From Alistipes sp. (GTDB lineage: Bacteria > Bacteroidota > Bacteroidia > Bacteroidales > Rikenellaceae): 64,000 bases of DNA. A model generated the notes under the pieces. It worked only from the letters and a program-made list of their open reading frames with translations, was not told the origin of the DNA and ran no database searches. How positions within the stretch are numbered: position 1 is the stretch's first letter; each line of letters begins with the position of its first letter. Positions 1 to 10,759 of this stretch are shown here, one piece after another. Where the stretch lies: NCBI GenBank assembly GCA_045605245.1, contig JAZUPN010000025.1:12734-76733 (forward strand). Reading direction: 5' to 3'. The position numbers and the translations under genes are program-made.

Positions 1-404
1 CGATTAACGAACTCGGCCACCTCCTCGTCGCTTTTGCCCGTAATAAGGGGCCTTTTCTCTTTGTGGCGACAAAGACGCTCAACGAGAATCTTCGGTGGCA
101 CTTTGAGGTAGATACTTGATCCGAACGAATTGATCAACTCCAAATTACCTTCGCGGCAAGGGGCTCCGCCACCTGTTGCGATGATTCGATCTCCCTCCAT
201 TGATCCGAGTTTGGTGATCATCTCGCGCTCGCGTCGGCGAAAGACCTCTTCGCCCTCTGTTGCGAATATCTGGGGTATGGTCATCTCGGCCTCGGCCTCA
301 ATTGCCTTGTCCATATCGACAAAGTCAATCGATAGTCGTTTTGCCAATCTGCGTCCGAGCGAACTCTTGCCGCAGCCCATATATCCGATTAGAAACAGTT
401 TCAT
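1..404 (-). CDS. aroK: Shikimate kinase (C-terminal part runs off the window start)
   Basis: Manual reverse-strand translation from the ATG at 402-404 gives MKLFLIGYMGCGKSSLGRRLAKRLSIDFVDMD...GGGAPC. It has a Walker-A GxxGxGKS motif and a shikimate-kinase-like layout. It is absent from the ORF track because the window edge truncates it. Confidence 0.8.
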   Translation of the reverse strand, partial: MKLFLIGYMGCGKSSLGRRLAKRLSIDFVDMDKAIEAEAEMTIPQIFATEGEEVFRRREREMITKLGSMEGDRIIATGGGAPCREGNLELINSFGSSIYLKVPPKILVERLCRHKEKRPLITGKSDEEVAEFVN

Positions 405-438
405 CTCTTTTACGTTTGCGATGTTGCGACAATATTGT

Positions 439-3138
439 TTAGAACAGATTCAACTGCTCGCTTGTTTCATCGGGGGCGTTGCGAACAATTTCGAACTCAA
501 CGCCGTCATCGTCCATTGCGCTCTGTGCTGTTGTGGGAGCGGCTTCCGCAACAATAGGCTGGGGAACCTCGGTCGGCTCCTCTTCGATGACCTCCTCTGG
601 TTCTATGAAGTTGAGCTGATCAACATCGTAGGTCGATAGACGTTTGCCCTTTGCGCGATGGCTCTTGATACCGATAAAGTCGGCAACGGCAACAGTGTCA
701 GCAGGTCGCGATGCTTGCGCACCCTTATATGTAATCTCCAAACGGGGACGAGCGTCGGTCGAAATTGCAATGAGCTGCATCGATCCATCCTCGTCGAGGA
801 AGTATTGAGTCTTGTCGCCTGCTTCGGCATTGAAACGCTTCAAGTAGTAGTAGCCTGCCACCTTGTCGAAATAGACAACCGAGTAGATACGTGCCGAATC
901 AAATTTCTCGACACTGATCACATCTTCGGGGAAGTGGTGCCCCAGATCGAAGCCGGTTGTGTAATACAAGTTCTTGGCAGTCATTACAATAATGCGATCA
1001 TCGCCGCTGAACTCGCCGAGCAATCGACCGCGACCATCCGAATTCAGACGCATAATATCCTCGTCGAAATAGATGTTCTGTCCGCCGAGTGTCGATGTGC
1101 CGCGCTCCTTCATTACGATTTTATGAATTCCGTAACGCGAGAACAGATTACCCTGACTCTGGCGACCCTTGATTGCGAGAGTCGAGAAATCGAGATCGAC
1201 AATTGCTCGTTTCAGTCGCGGACGCGGCTTGAAATATACCTTCAATACCTCGGCCTCGCCATTGGGATTTACGGTCATATAGATCACCTCACTCTTCGGT
1301 GTCCCCTTCGTAATATCATAAACCTTATCGCGCGTAACTCCCTTAATTGCGCAACGCTTCATCATAATTGCACCACCCTTACCGTCGCGGTACAAGATGT
1401 TGTAGATCGTGCGCTCGTCGTTGCGCTTGAATATACCTATATAATATATATTCTTGTCGAAGAATGCCTTGTCCTGAATCTTCGTAACCATATAGCGACC
1501 ATCTTTGGTCATTACCAATACCTCATCGAGGTCCGAACAGTCGCATACAAATTCATCCTTGCGCATCGACGCTCCGATGCCGAAGAAGCCCTCGGCACGA
1601 TTTACATAGAGTTTCGCATTTGCCACAACAACCTTCGCTGCCTCGATCGAGTCGAATTCGCGCAACTCACTACGACGATCGCGACCCTTGCCGTACTTCT
1701 CCTTGATGCGGGTGTAGTAGGCAACGGCATACTCCGTCAGGTGTTTCAGATCGTGTTTAACCTTGCGAATGTCAGCCTCAATACCGCGAATCAACTCGTC
1801 GGCCTTGGTCGAGTCGTATTTCGAAATGCGAATGAACTGCAACTGTGTCAGTTTCACAACGTCGTCGTGCGTAACCTCTCTCTGTAACAACTGCTTGAAA
1901 GGCTCCAAACCCTTATCGACAGCCTCGTAAGCCTCCTCACGTGAGCGACAGCCCTCGATCAACTGATAGAGTTTATTCTCGATAAATATCTTTTCGAGCG
2001 AGGTTGAGTGCCATTGAGCATTCAACTCGTCGAGTTTGATCTCCAACTCCTGCTTCAACAGAGCCTTCGTGTGCTCTGCCGAGCGACGCAAAATCTCGCT
2101 AACACCCAAGAAGTGGGGCTTATCCTCATAAATGACGCAGGCATTGGGCGAAATCGACACCTCACAATCGGTAAATGCGTAGAGCGCATCGATTGTCTTG
2201 TCGGTCGATTCGTCGGGGGCAACGTGAACAATAATCTCAACCTTCTGCGCGGTGTTGTCCTCCACCTTGCGGATCTTGATCTTGCCCTTATCGTTTGCCT
2301 TTACGATCGACTCTTTAATGCTCTCGGTCGTAGTTGTAAAGGGAATCTCGGTAATAGCCAGCGTACGTTTGTCGATCTTCGAGATACGTGCGCGAATCTT
2401 CACCGCGCCACCACGCAGACCGTCATTATAACGCGAACAATCAACCAGACCGCCCGTCGGGAAGTCGGGAAGCAATGTAAATTCCTCGCCCAGCAAGTGA
2501 GCCACGCAGGCATCGATCAGCTCATTGAAGTTGTGGGGTAGAATCTTCGAAGCCAAACCTACGGCAATACCCTCGACACCCTGCGCCAACAGCAACGGAA
2601 ACTTAACAGGCAGTGTAACGGGCTCCTGATTACGACCATCATACGATGCCATCCACTCGGTAGTTTTCGGGTTGAAGACCACATCGAGTGCAAATTTCGA
2701 CAATCGGGCCTCGATATATCGCGGTGCCGCCGCAGCGTCGCCGGTCAGGATGTTACCCCAGTTACCCTGGCAGTCAATCAGCAGATCTTTCTGACCGAGC
2801 TGCACCAACGCATCGCCAATCGATGCGTCGCCGTGCGGGTGAAACTGCATCGTGTGGCCGACGATATTTGCCACCTTATTGTAACGACCGTCATCCATAC
2901 GCTTCATCGAGTGCAGGATACGTCGCTGTACAGGTTTCAGACCATCTTCGACGTGGGGCACAGCGCGCTCCAAGATTACATACGAAGCGTAATCCAAAAA
3001 CCAATTCTTATACATTCCCGTAAGTTTTCGCGTGCCGCTCGCGTCCTCCATCAACTTGCCGAACTTGCCGTTCGAGGCCTGTGTGGTGGGCTCTTCGGTT
3101 GCGATTACCTCATCGGTTATAATGCTCTTTTCGTCCAT
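439..3138 (-). CDS. parC: DNA topoisomerase IV subunit A (type IIA topoisomerase, GyrA/ParC family)
   Basis: 899-aa ORF with LKPVQRRIL, the active-site region AAAPRYIEARL, and beta-pinwheel C-terminal repeats. I saw no GyrA-box (QRRGGKG). It lies next to a GyrB/ParE-family gene. Confidence 0.88.
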   Translation of the reverse strand: MDEKSIITDEVIATEEPTTQASNGKFGKLMEDASGTRKLTGMYKNWFLDYASYVILERAVPHVEDGLKPVQRRILHSMKRMDDGRYNKVANIVGHTMQFHPHGDASIGDALVQLGQKDLLIDCQGNWGNILTGDAAAAPRYIEARLSKFALDVVFNPKTTEWMASYDGRNQEPVTLPVKFPLLLAQGVEGIAVGLASKILPHNFNELIDACVAHLLGEEFTLLPDFPTGGLVDCSRYNDGLRGGAVKIRARISKIDKRTLAITEIPFTTTTESIKESIVKANDKGKIKIRKVEDNTAQKVEIIVHVAPDESTDKTIDALYAFTDCEVSISPNACVIYEDKPHFLGVSEILRRSAEHTKALLKQELEIKLDELNAQWHSTSLEKIFIENKLYQLIEGCRSREEAYEAVDKGLEPFKQLLQREVTHDDVVKLTQLQFIRISKYDSTKADELIRGIEADIRKVKHDLKHLTEYAVAYYTRIKEKYGKGRDRRSELREFDSIEAAKVVVANAKLYVNRAEGFFGIGASMRKDEFVCDCSDLDEVLVMTKDGRYMVTKIQDKAFFDKNIYYIGIFKRNDERTIYNILYRDGKGGAIMMKRCAIKGVTRDKVYDITKGTPKSEVIYMTVNPNGEAEVLKVYFKPRPRLKRAIVDLDFSTLAIKGRQSQGNLFSRYGIHKIVMKERGTSTLGGQNIYFDEDIMRLNSDGRGRLLGEFSGDDRIIVMTAKNLYYTTGFDLGHHFPEDVISVEKFDSARIYSVVYFDKVAGYYYLKRFNAEAGDKTQYFLDEDGSMQLIAISTDARPRLEITYKGAQASRPADTVAVADFIGIKSHRAKGKRLSTYDVDQLNFIEPEEVIEEEPTEVPQPIVAEAAPTTAQSAMDDDGVEFEIVRNAPDETSEQLNLF

Positions 3139-3176
3139 TTATCGTTTTGTTTTCTCTTATTCCAAATCAAAAAAAC

Positions 3177-5066
3177 TTACACAGCCTCGGCTTCGGTCGA
3201 GTTGTACTTGTCCAGATTCTCAATCAAATCCTCCTCAATGCGCAGGTTGTCGATGATGAAGTTCTGACGGTCGAACGTATTCTTACCCATATAGAACTCC
3301 AACATATCGTGAATGGGATCATCTTTGGTCAGGCGTACTTTGTCCAAACGCATCTTCTCGCCAATAAACTCACCAAACTCTTCGGGCGAAATCTCTCCCA
3401 AACCTTTGAATCGAGTGATCTCGGCCGTCGAACCGCACTTAATGATAGCGCGCTGTTTCTCCTCCTCGCTGTAACAATAGTGCGTCTCTTTCTTATTGCG
3501 CACGCGGAACAGCGGTGTCTGCAATACGTAGAGGTGGCCCTGACGAATCACGTCGGGGAAGAATTGCAGGAAGAAGGTCATCATCAGCAATCGAATATGC
3601 ATACCATCGACATCGGCATCGGTTGCGATGATCACCTTGTTGTAGCGCAGGTTATCCATATCCTCCTCGATGTTGAGGGCAGCCTGCAACAGGTTGAACT
3701 CCTCATTGTCATAGACCACCTTTTTGGTCAGACCAAAGCAGTTCAGTGGCTTACCGCGCAACGAGAAGACGGCCTGCGTCTGCACGTCGCGGCTCTTTGT
3801 GATCGAACCCGATGCCGAGTTACCCTCTGTAATGAAGATCATCGACTCCTCGGCGCGATCGTTCTTGTCGCAGAGGTGAATCTTGCAGTCGCGCAACTTT
3901 TTGTTATTGAGCGAAACCTTCTTCGCAATCTCACGCGCCTTCTTCTGTACGCCCGAAATGGCCTTGCGCTCCTTCTCGTTTTCGAGAATCTTTTTGTTCA
4001 GTACGCCTGCCGTATCGGGATGTTTGTGCAGATAGTTGTCCAACTCCAATTTGAGAAAGTCAATCACATACTGACGAACGGTCGGACCGTCGGGTTCCAT
4101 ATCCTTCGATACCAATCGAGTCTTGGTCTGCGAGTCAAAACCGGGCTCCTCGACATTGACACTGATAGCCGCCACAATCGAGGTGCGCACGTCCGACGGA
4201 TCGTAATCCTTCTTATAGAACTCCTTAACCACCTTTGCAACCGCCTCGCGCAGAGCCGCTTGGTGCGTACCTCCGCGGAAGGTATTCTGGCTATTCACGA
4301 ACGAGTAATAGGTTTCGCCATAGCTCGTACCGTGAGTAATTGCCACCTCGATATCCTTACCTTTGAGGTGGATAATGGGGTAGAGCGGCTCCTCGCCCGA
4401 CATATTCTCGGTCAGCAGATCCAATAGACCATTCTTCGAGTGATACGACGTACCGTTGAACTTAATCGTCAAACCCTGATTCAAATATGTATAATTGCGC
4501 AAACGCTGCTCGATGTACTCCATATGGTACTCGTAATGGCCGAATACATCCTCATCGACGATGTAGCTGATCATCGTACCATTCTTCTCGGTAACGCCGC
4601 TTTCACGTCTGTCGCTGATCTCCAAACCGGTTTGGTAATTGACCGTGCGAGCCTCGCCATCGCGGACGCTTCGAGCCGTAAATTCGCTCGACATCATATT
4701 CACTGCCTTGACACCGACACCATTCAGACCTACCGTCTTCTTGAACGCGCCCGAACCATATTTACCACTCGTATTGATCTTCGATACGGCATTGGCCAAA
4801 CTGTCGAGGGGAATACCTCGACCATAGTCGCGTACCGTTACACGCTTGTTTTCGTCGATTGTGATCTCGATGACCTTACCCGCACCCATAATAAACTCGT
4901 CGATAGAGTTATCGACCACCTCTTTGAGCAAGGTGTAGATACCGTCATCGGGTTGCGAGCCGTCGCCCAAGTTGCCGATCCACATACCCGGACGCAGACG
5001 CATCTGGTCGCGCGTGCTGAGGGTTTTAATGTGGGAATCGTCGTATTGTACTGTTGTTTCAGCCAT
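3177..5066 (-). CDS. parE: DNA topoisomerase IV subunit B (GyrB/ParE family)
   Basis: 629-aa ORF with a GHKL ATPase N-terminus ([15 protein letters not shown]) and a TOPRIM region ([18 protein letters not shown]). Confidence 0.88.
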   Translation of the reverse strand: MAETTVQYDDSHIKTLSTRDQMRLRPGMWIGNLGDGSQPDDGIYTLLKEVVDNSIDEFIMGAGKVIEITIDENKRVTVRDYGRGIPLDSLANAVSKINTSGKYGSGAFKKTVGLNGVGVKAVNMMSSEFTARSVRDGEARTVNYQTGLEISDRRESGVTEKNGTMISYIVDEDVFGHYEYHMEYIEQRLRNYTYLNQGLTIKFNGTSYHSKNGLLDLLTENMSGEEPLYPIIHLKGKDIEVAITHGTSYGETYYSFVNSQNTFRGGTHQAALREAVAKVVKEFYKKDYDPSDVRTSIVAAISVNVEEPGFDSQTKTRLVSKDMEPDGPTVRQYVIDFLKLELDNYLHKHPDTAGVLNKKILENEKERKAISGVQKKAREIAKKVSLNNKKLRDCKIHLCDKNDRAEESMIFITEGNSASGSITKSRDVQTQAVFSLRGKPLNCFGLTKKVVYDNEEFNLLQAALNIEEDMDNLRYNKVIIATDADVDGMHIRLLMMTFFLQFFPDVIRQGHLYVLQTPLFRVRNKKETHYCYSEEEKQRAIIKCGSTAEITRFKGLGEISPEEFGEFIGEKMRLDKVRLTKDDPIHDMLEFYMGKNTFDRQNFIIDNLRIEEDLIENLDKYNSTEAEAV

Positions 5067-5085
5067 TATGTAGTTTCTCCTGTTT

Positions 5086-5811
5086 TTAGTCGTTCATATT
5101 TTTCAAAACCTCTTTGGCAGCGACCATCTGTTCGCGTACCATATCGCTTAACTCCTTCAACTCCATCGAAGCAACCACCTCGGCTGGAATCGGATCGAGT
5201 ACATCAAGACGGAATGTGTGTCGCCAAGGCAGTCGCCAGCCATTGGCGAAGAGCGTATCCGAACCGTGCATTACGACGGGCAGAATAGGTACGCCCGCCT
5301 CTTTTGCCAACGTGAATGCTCCCGATTTGAAACGGTGAATCTCGCCATCTTTCGAGCGGGTGCCTTCGGGGAAGATGGCCACCGAAGCACCGCGACCGAG
5401 CCACTTTTTACCCAAAGTCGTAACCTTCGTCATTGCGCCCGACGATGAGCGGTCGATGCATATATCGCCGTGCAGCGTGAGCATCTGTCCGAAGAAGGGA
5501 ATACGGAACACCTCGCGTTTCGATACCCAACGGAAGTTGAGTGGGATTTGATAGAGCATAGGAATATCGACCATACTTGTATGGTTGATCGTAATCACAT
5601 AGGCCTGCTTGCGGTTGATCTTCTCAACGCCGCGAACGATCTTGCGCCACTTGGGCCAGCAAAAGAAGATACGAGTCAGCACGCGCGACAGCTCGTGAAT
5701 GCAACGACGTGCGGGGTCAAACGGTCGCAACAGCACCAAAAAGATGGCCGAAAGAATCAGTACCAAGGTGCAGGCGATGCCTAAAACGATGTAATGAATT
5801 ATTGCTAACAT
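5086..5811 (-). CDS. plsC: 1-acyl-sn-glycerol-3-phosphate acyltransferase
   Basis: 241 aa with an N-terminal TM segment, the HxxxxD motif (NHTSMVD) and FPEGTRS. Confidence 0.8.
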   Translation of the reverse strand: MLAIIHYIVLGIACTLVLILSAIFLVLLRPFDPARRCIHELSRVLTRIFFCWPKWRKIVRGVEKINRKQAYVITINHTSMVDIPMLYQIPLNFRWVSKREVFRIPFFGQMLTLHGDICIDRSSSGAMTKVTTLGKKWLGRGASVAIFPEGTRSKDGEIHRFKSGAFTLAKEAGVPILPVVMHGSDTLFANGWRLPWRHTFRLDVLDPIPAEVVASMELKELSDMVREQMVAAKEVLKNMND

Positions 5812-6061
5812 AGTCTTTCTAAATGAGTTTTAGGTGCGAAATGGGGTTAGAACACACTACGCACCGTATTTAATCCTGCAATTTTAGCAAAATTTTGGCT
5901 GATTTCCGCTATTTATAATAGGTAAGTTATCAACATTTAATCAAAATGTGTGTAAAATTTCCGCAGAATCGTTACCTTTGTCCCGTCGCAAGGAAGGGAG
6001 AGGAGAATACAATGAGACTTGCGGCAAGGTAAATTTGTAATAAATTTAACATTGAAACACA

Positions 6062-6946
6062 ATGAAAGCATTTGTATTCCCCGGCCAGGGCTCGCAATTC
6101 TCTGGTATGGGTAAAGATCTCTATGAGAACTCTCCTGCTGCGAAAGAGCTTTTCGAAAAGGCTAACGAAATCCTCGGTTTCCGCATCACAGACATTATGT
6201 TCGCAGGTACTGACGAAGAGTTGAAGCAGACCTTCGTAACCCAGCCTGCGGTATTCCTCCACTCGGTTATTATGGCAAAGGTGTTGGGCGAAGAGTTTAA
6301 GCCTGATATGGTTGCAGGTCATTCACTTGGTGAGTTTAGCGCATTGGTTGTGGCTGGTGCATTGGATTTCGAAGATGGTCTGCGTCTGGTGGCAAAGCGT
6401 GCCGCTGCAATGCAGAAGGCTTGTGAGGCACAGCCCTCGACTATGGCCGCAGTGCTTGGTCTTGAAGATAAGGTGGTTGAGGATATCTGCGCCGAGATCG
6501 ATGGTGTGGTTGTCGCTGCTAACTACAATTGCCCCGGCCAGCTCGTTATTTCAGGTTCGATCGAGGCTGTCGATGCCGCTTGTGAGCGATTGAAGGCTGC
6601 GGGTGCGCGTCGTGCATTGCGCCTGCCCGTTGGCGGTGCTTTCCACTCGCCTCTGATGGAGCCTGCGAAGGTCGAACTGCAAGCAGCAATCGAAACGGCC
6701 GAGTTCAAGACTCCGATTTGCCCTGTATATCAGAATGTTGATGCAAAGCCTTATACCGATCCCGAACAGATTAAGGTAAATCTTATTGCACAGCTTACGG
6801 CTCCCGTTCGTTGGACCTATATCGTTGAGAATATGTTGGCTGATGGCGCAGACTCGTTTATGGAGTTGGGCCCTGGTGCCGTTCTTCAAGGTCTGATTAA
6901 GAAGGTCAGCCGCGATGTTGAGGCTACTTCGAAGGCTACGCTTTAA
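6062..6946 (+). CDS. fabD: Malonyl-CoA:ACP transacylase
   Basis: 294 aa with FPGQGSQ and the GHSLGE nucleophile elbow. Confidence 0.92.
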   Translation: MKAFVFPGQGSQFSGMGKDLYENSPAAKELFEKANEILGFRITDIMFAGTDEELKQTFVTQPAVFLHSVIMAKVLGEEFKPDMVAGHSLGEFSALVVAGALDFEDGLRLVAKRAAAMQKACEAQPSTMAAVLGLEDKVVEDICAEIDGVVVAANYNCPGQLVISGSIEAVDAACERLKAAGARRALRLPVGGAFHSPLMEPAKVELQAAIETAEFKTPICPVYQNVDAKPYTDPEQIKVNLIAQLTAPVRWTYIVENMLADGADSFMELGPGAVLQGLIKKVSRDVEATSKATL

Positions 6947-7186
6947 TGCTTCGAAAGAGATTTTTAGGCTCGCTTTCGAATAGAATTAAACATAGAGCAA
7001 AATTGACGCGAGAGGTCGATGATCGATCTCTCGCGTTTGTTATTATCTATTATTTTCGCTCGGAATCAGTTGCCCATTTATGGTTTCACTTGCTCTTTGA
7101 TTTGAAAAATATTTCGTAATGCTATTGCATTTATAAAAATCTTTATTAATTTTGTTCTGTAAAGGTATAATCAAAAACGATACTTT

Positions 7187-8413
7187 ATGACTTCATTGAA
7201 AGAGTTTTTCAATCAGCACGAGGATGATATAATGAAGGGTGTAACCCATAAAAACAGCCTCATTAAACGAAATATAATTGCCTATATGGCAGTGCGTGGC
7301 CAATGCACGTTGGCCGAGCTGACCAAAGAGTTGCATATCAGCGTTCCAACCATCACCAAATTGGTTCAGGAGTTGGTTCAGGAGGATATTGTAGTGGATA
7401 ACGGCAAGGTCGAAACGCCTGGCGGTCGTCGCCCGAATATCTTCGGTTTGGCCAATTCTGCAATCTATTTTGTAGGTGTCGAAATAGCTCGCGACTATAT
7501 GCAGTTTGTGCTCACCGATTTGCAAAATAATGTGATATATCAGCAGTGCGATGAGAGTTTCAAGTTGGTCGATACTTCGCAATGCCTTGAAAAAATCTGT
7601 AATTCAATAACCAATTTTATTGATAACTGCGGAGTTGATCGTAGTAAAATTTTAGGAATTGGAGCTTGTATTGCAGGTCGCGTCAATCCCGATACGGGTT
7701 GCAGCTATCGATATTTCACCTCGAATGACCGCTCATTGCGTGCAACCATTGAGGAGCGTGTCGGTGTGCGCGTGTTGCTCGAAAATGATACTCGCGCACG
7801 CTGTTTTGCCGAGTGTGCTTTGACCGATACGCCGAAGAACGATATGGTCTATCTCTATCTGGGTCGCGGTGTTGCGATCGGTATCGTGATGAAGGGCGAA
7901 CTCTATTATGGTAAGAGTGGTTTTGCGGGCGAGTTCGGTCATACGCCATTCTTCGATAACGAGATCATCTGTTCGTGCGGCAAGAAGGGTTGCCTTGAAA
8001 CCGAGGTGTCGGGTGTTGCGATCGAACAGAAGATGGTCCGAATGATTCGCTCTGGTGTCAATTCGATTTTGCGCGATAAGGTGGATAAAGAGGGTGTGGT
8101 GCATATCGACGATATTATCGATGCAGCGCGCAATGATGATAACCTCTCGATCGAATTGATTGAGGAGGCGGGCGAAAAGATTGGTAAGAGTGTAGCTTTT
8201 CTGATCAATATTTTCAATCCCGAAACGGTTGTTATTGGTGGTAATCTTGCCGAGGCGGGCGATTATCTGATGTTGCCTTTGAAATCGGCTACCAATAAAT
8301 ATTCGCTCAATTTGGTTTATAAAGATACCAAATTCCGCGTGTCGCAGCTCGATCAGACGGCAGGTGCGTGGGGCGTGGCGATGTTGATCCGCAATAAAAT
8401 TATCGGTCTGTAA
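7187..8413 (+). CDS. ROK-family transcriptional regulator / sugar kinase-like protein
   Basis: 408 aa. An N-terminal winged-HTH (RNIIAYMAVRGQCTLAELTKELHISVPTITKLVQELV) is followed by a ROK sugar-kinase fold with the Cys-rich motif CSCGKKGCLE. Confidence 0.8.
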   Translation: MTSLKEFFNQHEDDIMKGVTHKNSLIKRNIIAYMAVRGQCTLAELTKELHISVPTITKLVQELVQEDIVVDNGKVETPGGRRPNIFGLANSAIYFVGVEIARDYMQFVLTDLQNNVIYQQCDESFKLVDTSQCLEKICNSITNFIDNCGVDRSKILGIGACIAGRVNPDTGCSYRYFTSNDRSLRATIEERVGVRVLLENDTRARCFAECALTDTPKNDMVYLYLGRGVAIGIVMKGELYYGKSGFAGEFGHTPFFDNEIICSCGKKGCLETEVSGVAIEQKMVRMIRSGVNSILRDKVDKEGVVHIDDIIDAARNDDNLSIELIEEAGEKIGKSVAFLINIFNPETVVIGGNLAEAGDYLMLPLKSATNKYSLNLVYKDTKFRVSQLDQTAGAWGVAMLIRNKIIGL

Positions 8414-8416
8414 ATA

Positions 8417-8935
8417 ATGCTGTTACAAGGATTATCTATATCGTTGCGTGCGCTCGAACCCGAAGATGTCGAGGCGATGTATCGTTGGGAAAACGACCCT
8501 GCGGTGTGGGGCGTGAGCGGCACGGTCGCTCCCTTCTCGCGCGAGATTTTGCGCACGTTTATCGAGCAACAGCAGTACGACATTTGGCGCACTCATCAAC
8601 TGCGTTTGGTCATTGCTCTTAACGAGGATGGTCGCGCAGTCGGTGCGGTCGATCTGTTCGATTTTGATCCACTGAACCGACGTGCGGGTGTCGGGGTGTT
8701 GGTTGTCGATGAGGAGCGTGGTCGCGGACGAGCTTCGGAGGCGTTGGGCCTGTTGGTTGAATATGCACGTGATGTTCTGATGCTCAATCAGTTGTATTGC
8801 GATATTGATACTGATAACGCATCCTGTCGTGCTCTGTTTGCGGGTTGCGAGTTCGAGGAGTGCGGAGTGCGACGTCGTTGGCGATTGGGCGCTGACGGTT
8901 GGCACGATGTAGTGATGTTGCAACGCCTATTTTAA
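8417..8935 (+). CDS. GNAT-family N-acetyltransferase (RimJ/RimL-like)
   Basis: 172 aa with LRALEPEDVEAMYRWENDP and the acetyl-CoA loop RGRGRASEAL. It starts 4 nt after the ROK gene stop. Confidence 0.75.
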   Translation: MLLQGLSISLRALEPEDVEAMYRWENDPAVWGVSGTVAPFSREILRTFIEQQQYDIWRTHQLRLVIALNEDGRAVGAVDLFDFDPLNRRAGVGVLVVDEERGRGRASEALGLLVEYARDVLMLNQLYCDIDTDNASCRALFAGCEFEECGVRRRWRLGADGWHDVVMLQRLF

Positions 8936-8942
8936 GAAAATG

Positions 8943-8969
8943 AAAACCGCCTCGTTTGGGGCGGTTTTT
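8943..8969. terminator. Bidirectional rho-independent terminator between convergent genes
   Basis: AAAACCGCC-loop-GGCGGTTTT hairpin flanked by A and T runs. Confidence 0.6.
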
Positions 8970-8976
8970 CATTGCA

Positions 8977-9522
8977 TTATTTTCGAATCATTTTGGCTAA
9001 ATTTTCGGTCTTTTCCCAATCAACATCGCGCTCAATCACAAACTCGAAATTGCGTGGATATTGATCCTCCTTCATTACGTTCGCCAGGTAGTCGTATGCC
9101 TGTTTTGGATTGCTCACTTTCCAAATCAACTGACGTGTGCCGTTGTGTGTAATGCGCGCGAAAAAGATAGCATTGGGCAACTCGCCTTCGCCGGCTAATC
9201 CCTTCGACAATTCGTCCTCAAAAGCATTGAGAACCTCCATTTCGGCAGGCGAGGGCATTCCATTCTCTACCAATTCTTTACACTCAACGATCAGCGAGCA
9301 ATGCCATTCAAACGATTTTTTATGCTCGAAGTCGGTCAGCGCAGCGTCAATAACCGCAATGGCAGGCAGCGAATCGATCTCAAAAGTTACAATCGACAGA
9401 CTCTCTTCGGGCAGAGTTATCTGGGGCGTTTGGGTACGTTTCGAGGGTTTGGCGGCCTCGGCCGAGTACGCTCCCAAAAGTGTAGCAAGAACTAATGCTA
9501 CGGCAAAAAATCTAATGTTCAT
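8977..9522 (-). CDS. Secreted protein, DUF695-like
   Basis: 181 aa with a signal peptide (MNIRFFAVALVLATLLGAYSAEA). The core ...ENGMPSPAEMEVLNAFEDELSKGL...FFARITHNGTRQLIWKV resembles the DUF695 pattern. The assignment is from memory only. Confidence 0.45.
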   Translation of the reverse strand: MNIRFFAVALVLATLLGAYSAEAAKPSKRTQTPQITLPEESLSIVTFEIDSLPAIAVIDAALTDFEHKKSFEWHCSLIVECKELVENGMPSPAEMEVLNAFEDELSKGLAGEGELPNAIFFARITHNGTRQLIWKVSNPKQAYDYLANVMKEDQYPRNFEFVIERDVDWEKTENLAKMIRK

Positions 9523-10536
9523 TTACTTATAAATCTTGCGTTTGTTCAGCTCCTTTGTGTAGGCGCGGGCGTTGCGCAGATGTTCGGTGTAGGTGGCGGC
9601 GAAGTTGTGATGACCGTCAAATGTGGGACGCGCGCAGAAATAGATATAGTTGTGTTTCTCGAAGTTGAGCACACCGTCGATCGCAGCAATCGAAGGCATA
9701 CAGATAGGCGAGGGGGGCAGTCCCTTATTTTTATAAGTGTTGTAGGGCGAATCGATACGCAGGTGCTTATGAAGGATTCGACGCAGTGTGAAATCACCCA
9801 CAGCATACTTCACGGTCGGGTCAGCCTGCAATGGCATACCTTTATTCAGACGGTTGATATAAACACCCGCTACCGTAGCCATTTCGTCGGTTGCGCGAGT
9901 CTCTTCATAAACAATTGAAGCCAACGTCATTACCTCCAAACGCGACAATCCGCTGCGTTTGCGTTTTGCATCGCGGTCCGCCCAAAAGGCCTCGTTCTCC
10001 TTGTTCATACGCTCAACAATCTGTTCGGGCGAAACGGTCCAATAGAACTCATAAGTGTTGGGTACAAACATCGAAAACATCGTTAACGGATTCTTGTAAC
10101 CATACTTCTCTGCGACCTTCTGATCGGTCAGCACCGCAGCGATCTCTGCCGAGTCGGCATCGATTTGTCGAGCGAGTTTTCCGGCCAAATATGCGGGAGT
10201 CTTGGCATTGTTGAAAGTTACATTTACGGGCGTTTGCATACCGAGTTTGATCATACGAACAATCTCAATTACGTTCATTCCCTCGTCGAGAACGTAGTGT
10301 CCTGCCTTGTAGGTTTGCTCCAAATTAAGACGTTTGGCGTAAATGTCGAATGCCAAATGGTGTCCGATTTTTGGTTTGAGCGAATCGATCAAAGTGGCAT
10401 AGTCCGAACGCTTCGAGAGAAAGATTTCTGCGCTCTGTTTCACTGCGTTACCCTTGAACGAGATAATGCCCCACGCGGCTGCGGCAGTGCCCAGAACAAC
10501 TACCGACAAGAATATCCAAATGAGAGTTTTTTTCAT
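9523..10536 (-). CDS. mltG: Endolytic murein transglycosylase MltG (YceG family)
   Basis: 337 aa with an N-terminal TM anchor and the motifs ASIVYEET, YNTYKNKGLPPSPI and YIYFCA. Confidence 0.85.
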   Translation of the reverse strand: MKKTLIWIFLSVVVLGTAAAAWGIISFKGNAVKQSAEIFLSKRSDYATLIDSLKPKIGHHLAFDIYAKRLNLEQTYKAGHYVLDEGMNVIEIVRMIKLGMQTPVNVTFNNAKTPAYLAGKLARQIDADSAEIAAVLTDQKVAEKYGYKNPLTMFSMFVPNTYEFYWTVSPEQIVERMNKENEAFWADRDAKRKRSGLSRLEVMTLASIVYEETRATDEMATVAGVYINRLNKGMPLQADPTVKYAVGDFTLRRILHKHLRIDSPYNTYKNKGLPPSPICMPSIAAIDGVLNFEKHNYIYFCARPTFDGHHNFAATYTEHLRNARAYTKELNKRKIYK

Positions 10537-10587
10537 TTCGTTTGTAAATTTTTTGCAAATATAAGAAAAATACGTACATTTGCACTC

Positions 10588-10683
10588 GGGTAAGTCTTAT
10601 ACGACCAGCTCCTACTGAATCCCCCAGGTGCGGAAGCGAGCAAGGGTAGGTGGTCGTAGCGGTGCGATATAAGTAGCTTACCC
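10588..10683 (+). ncRNA. ffs: Signal recognition particle RNA (small bacterial 4.5S type)
   Basis: The termini GGGTAAG...CTTACCC pair. The central CCAGGTGCGGAAGCGAGCAAGGGTAGG resembles the conserved SRP domain IV (CAGG...GGAAG...AGCA). A T-run follows immediately. Confidence 0.7.
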
Positions 10684-10695
10684 TTTTTTGTTTTA

Positions 10696-10729
10696 ATAGC
10701 CGTCGGGAGGATCTCGGCGGCTATTTTTT
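10696..10729. terminator. Rho-independent terminator hairpin
   Basis: ATAGCCG...CGGCTAT stem followed by TTTTTT. It lies between the SRP RNA and the convergent thioesterase gene. Confidence 0.55.
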
Positions 10730-10759
10730 ATGTTATTATCGTCTTAAATCCCAAATAAT

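Noticed and set aside
658-1887. Long plus-strand ORF (409 aa) antisense to parC. Similar long antisense ORFs are at 3147-4427, 4440-5288, 15329-16321, 17843-18832, 19548-20132, 24109-24783, 30149-30685, 39629-40486, 41909-42823, 57094-57900, 58848-59582 and 63307-63846.
   Set aside because: Each lies entirely within, and opposite to, a gene with unambiguous catalytic motifs. Their translations are low-complexity and rich in L/R/V/C/H, with no recognisable motifs. They are typical shadow ORFs of moderately GC-rich coding DNA.
5990-6050. Imperfect inverted repeat (TACCTTTGTCCCGTCGCAAGG ... CTTGCGGCAAGGTA) upstream of fabD, considered as a leader or riboswitch-like element.
   Set aside because: The stem has several mismatches, I recognise no conserved riboswitch core, and fabD is not known to carry one.
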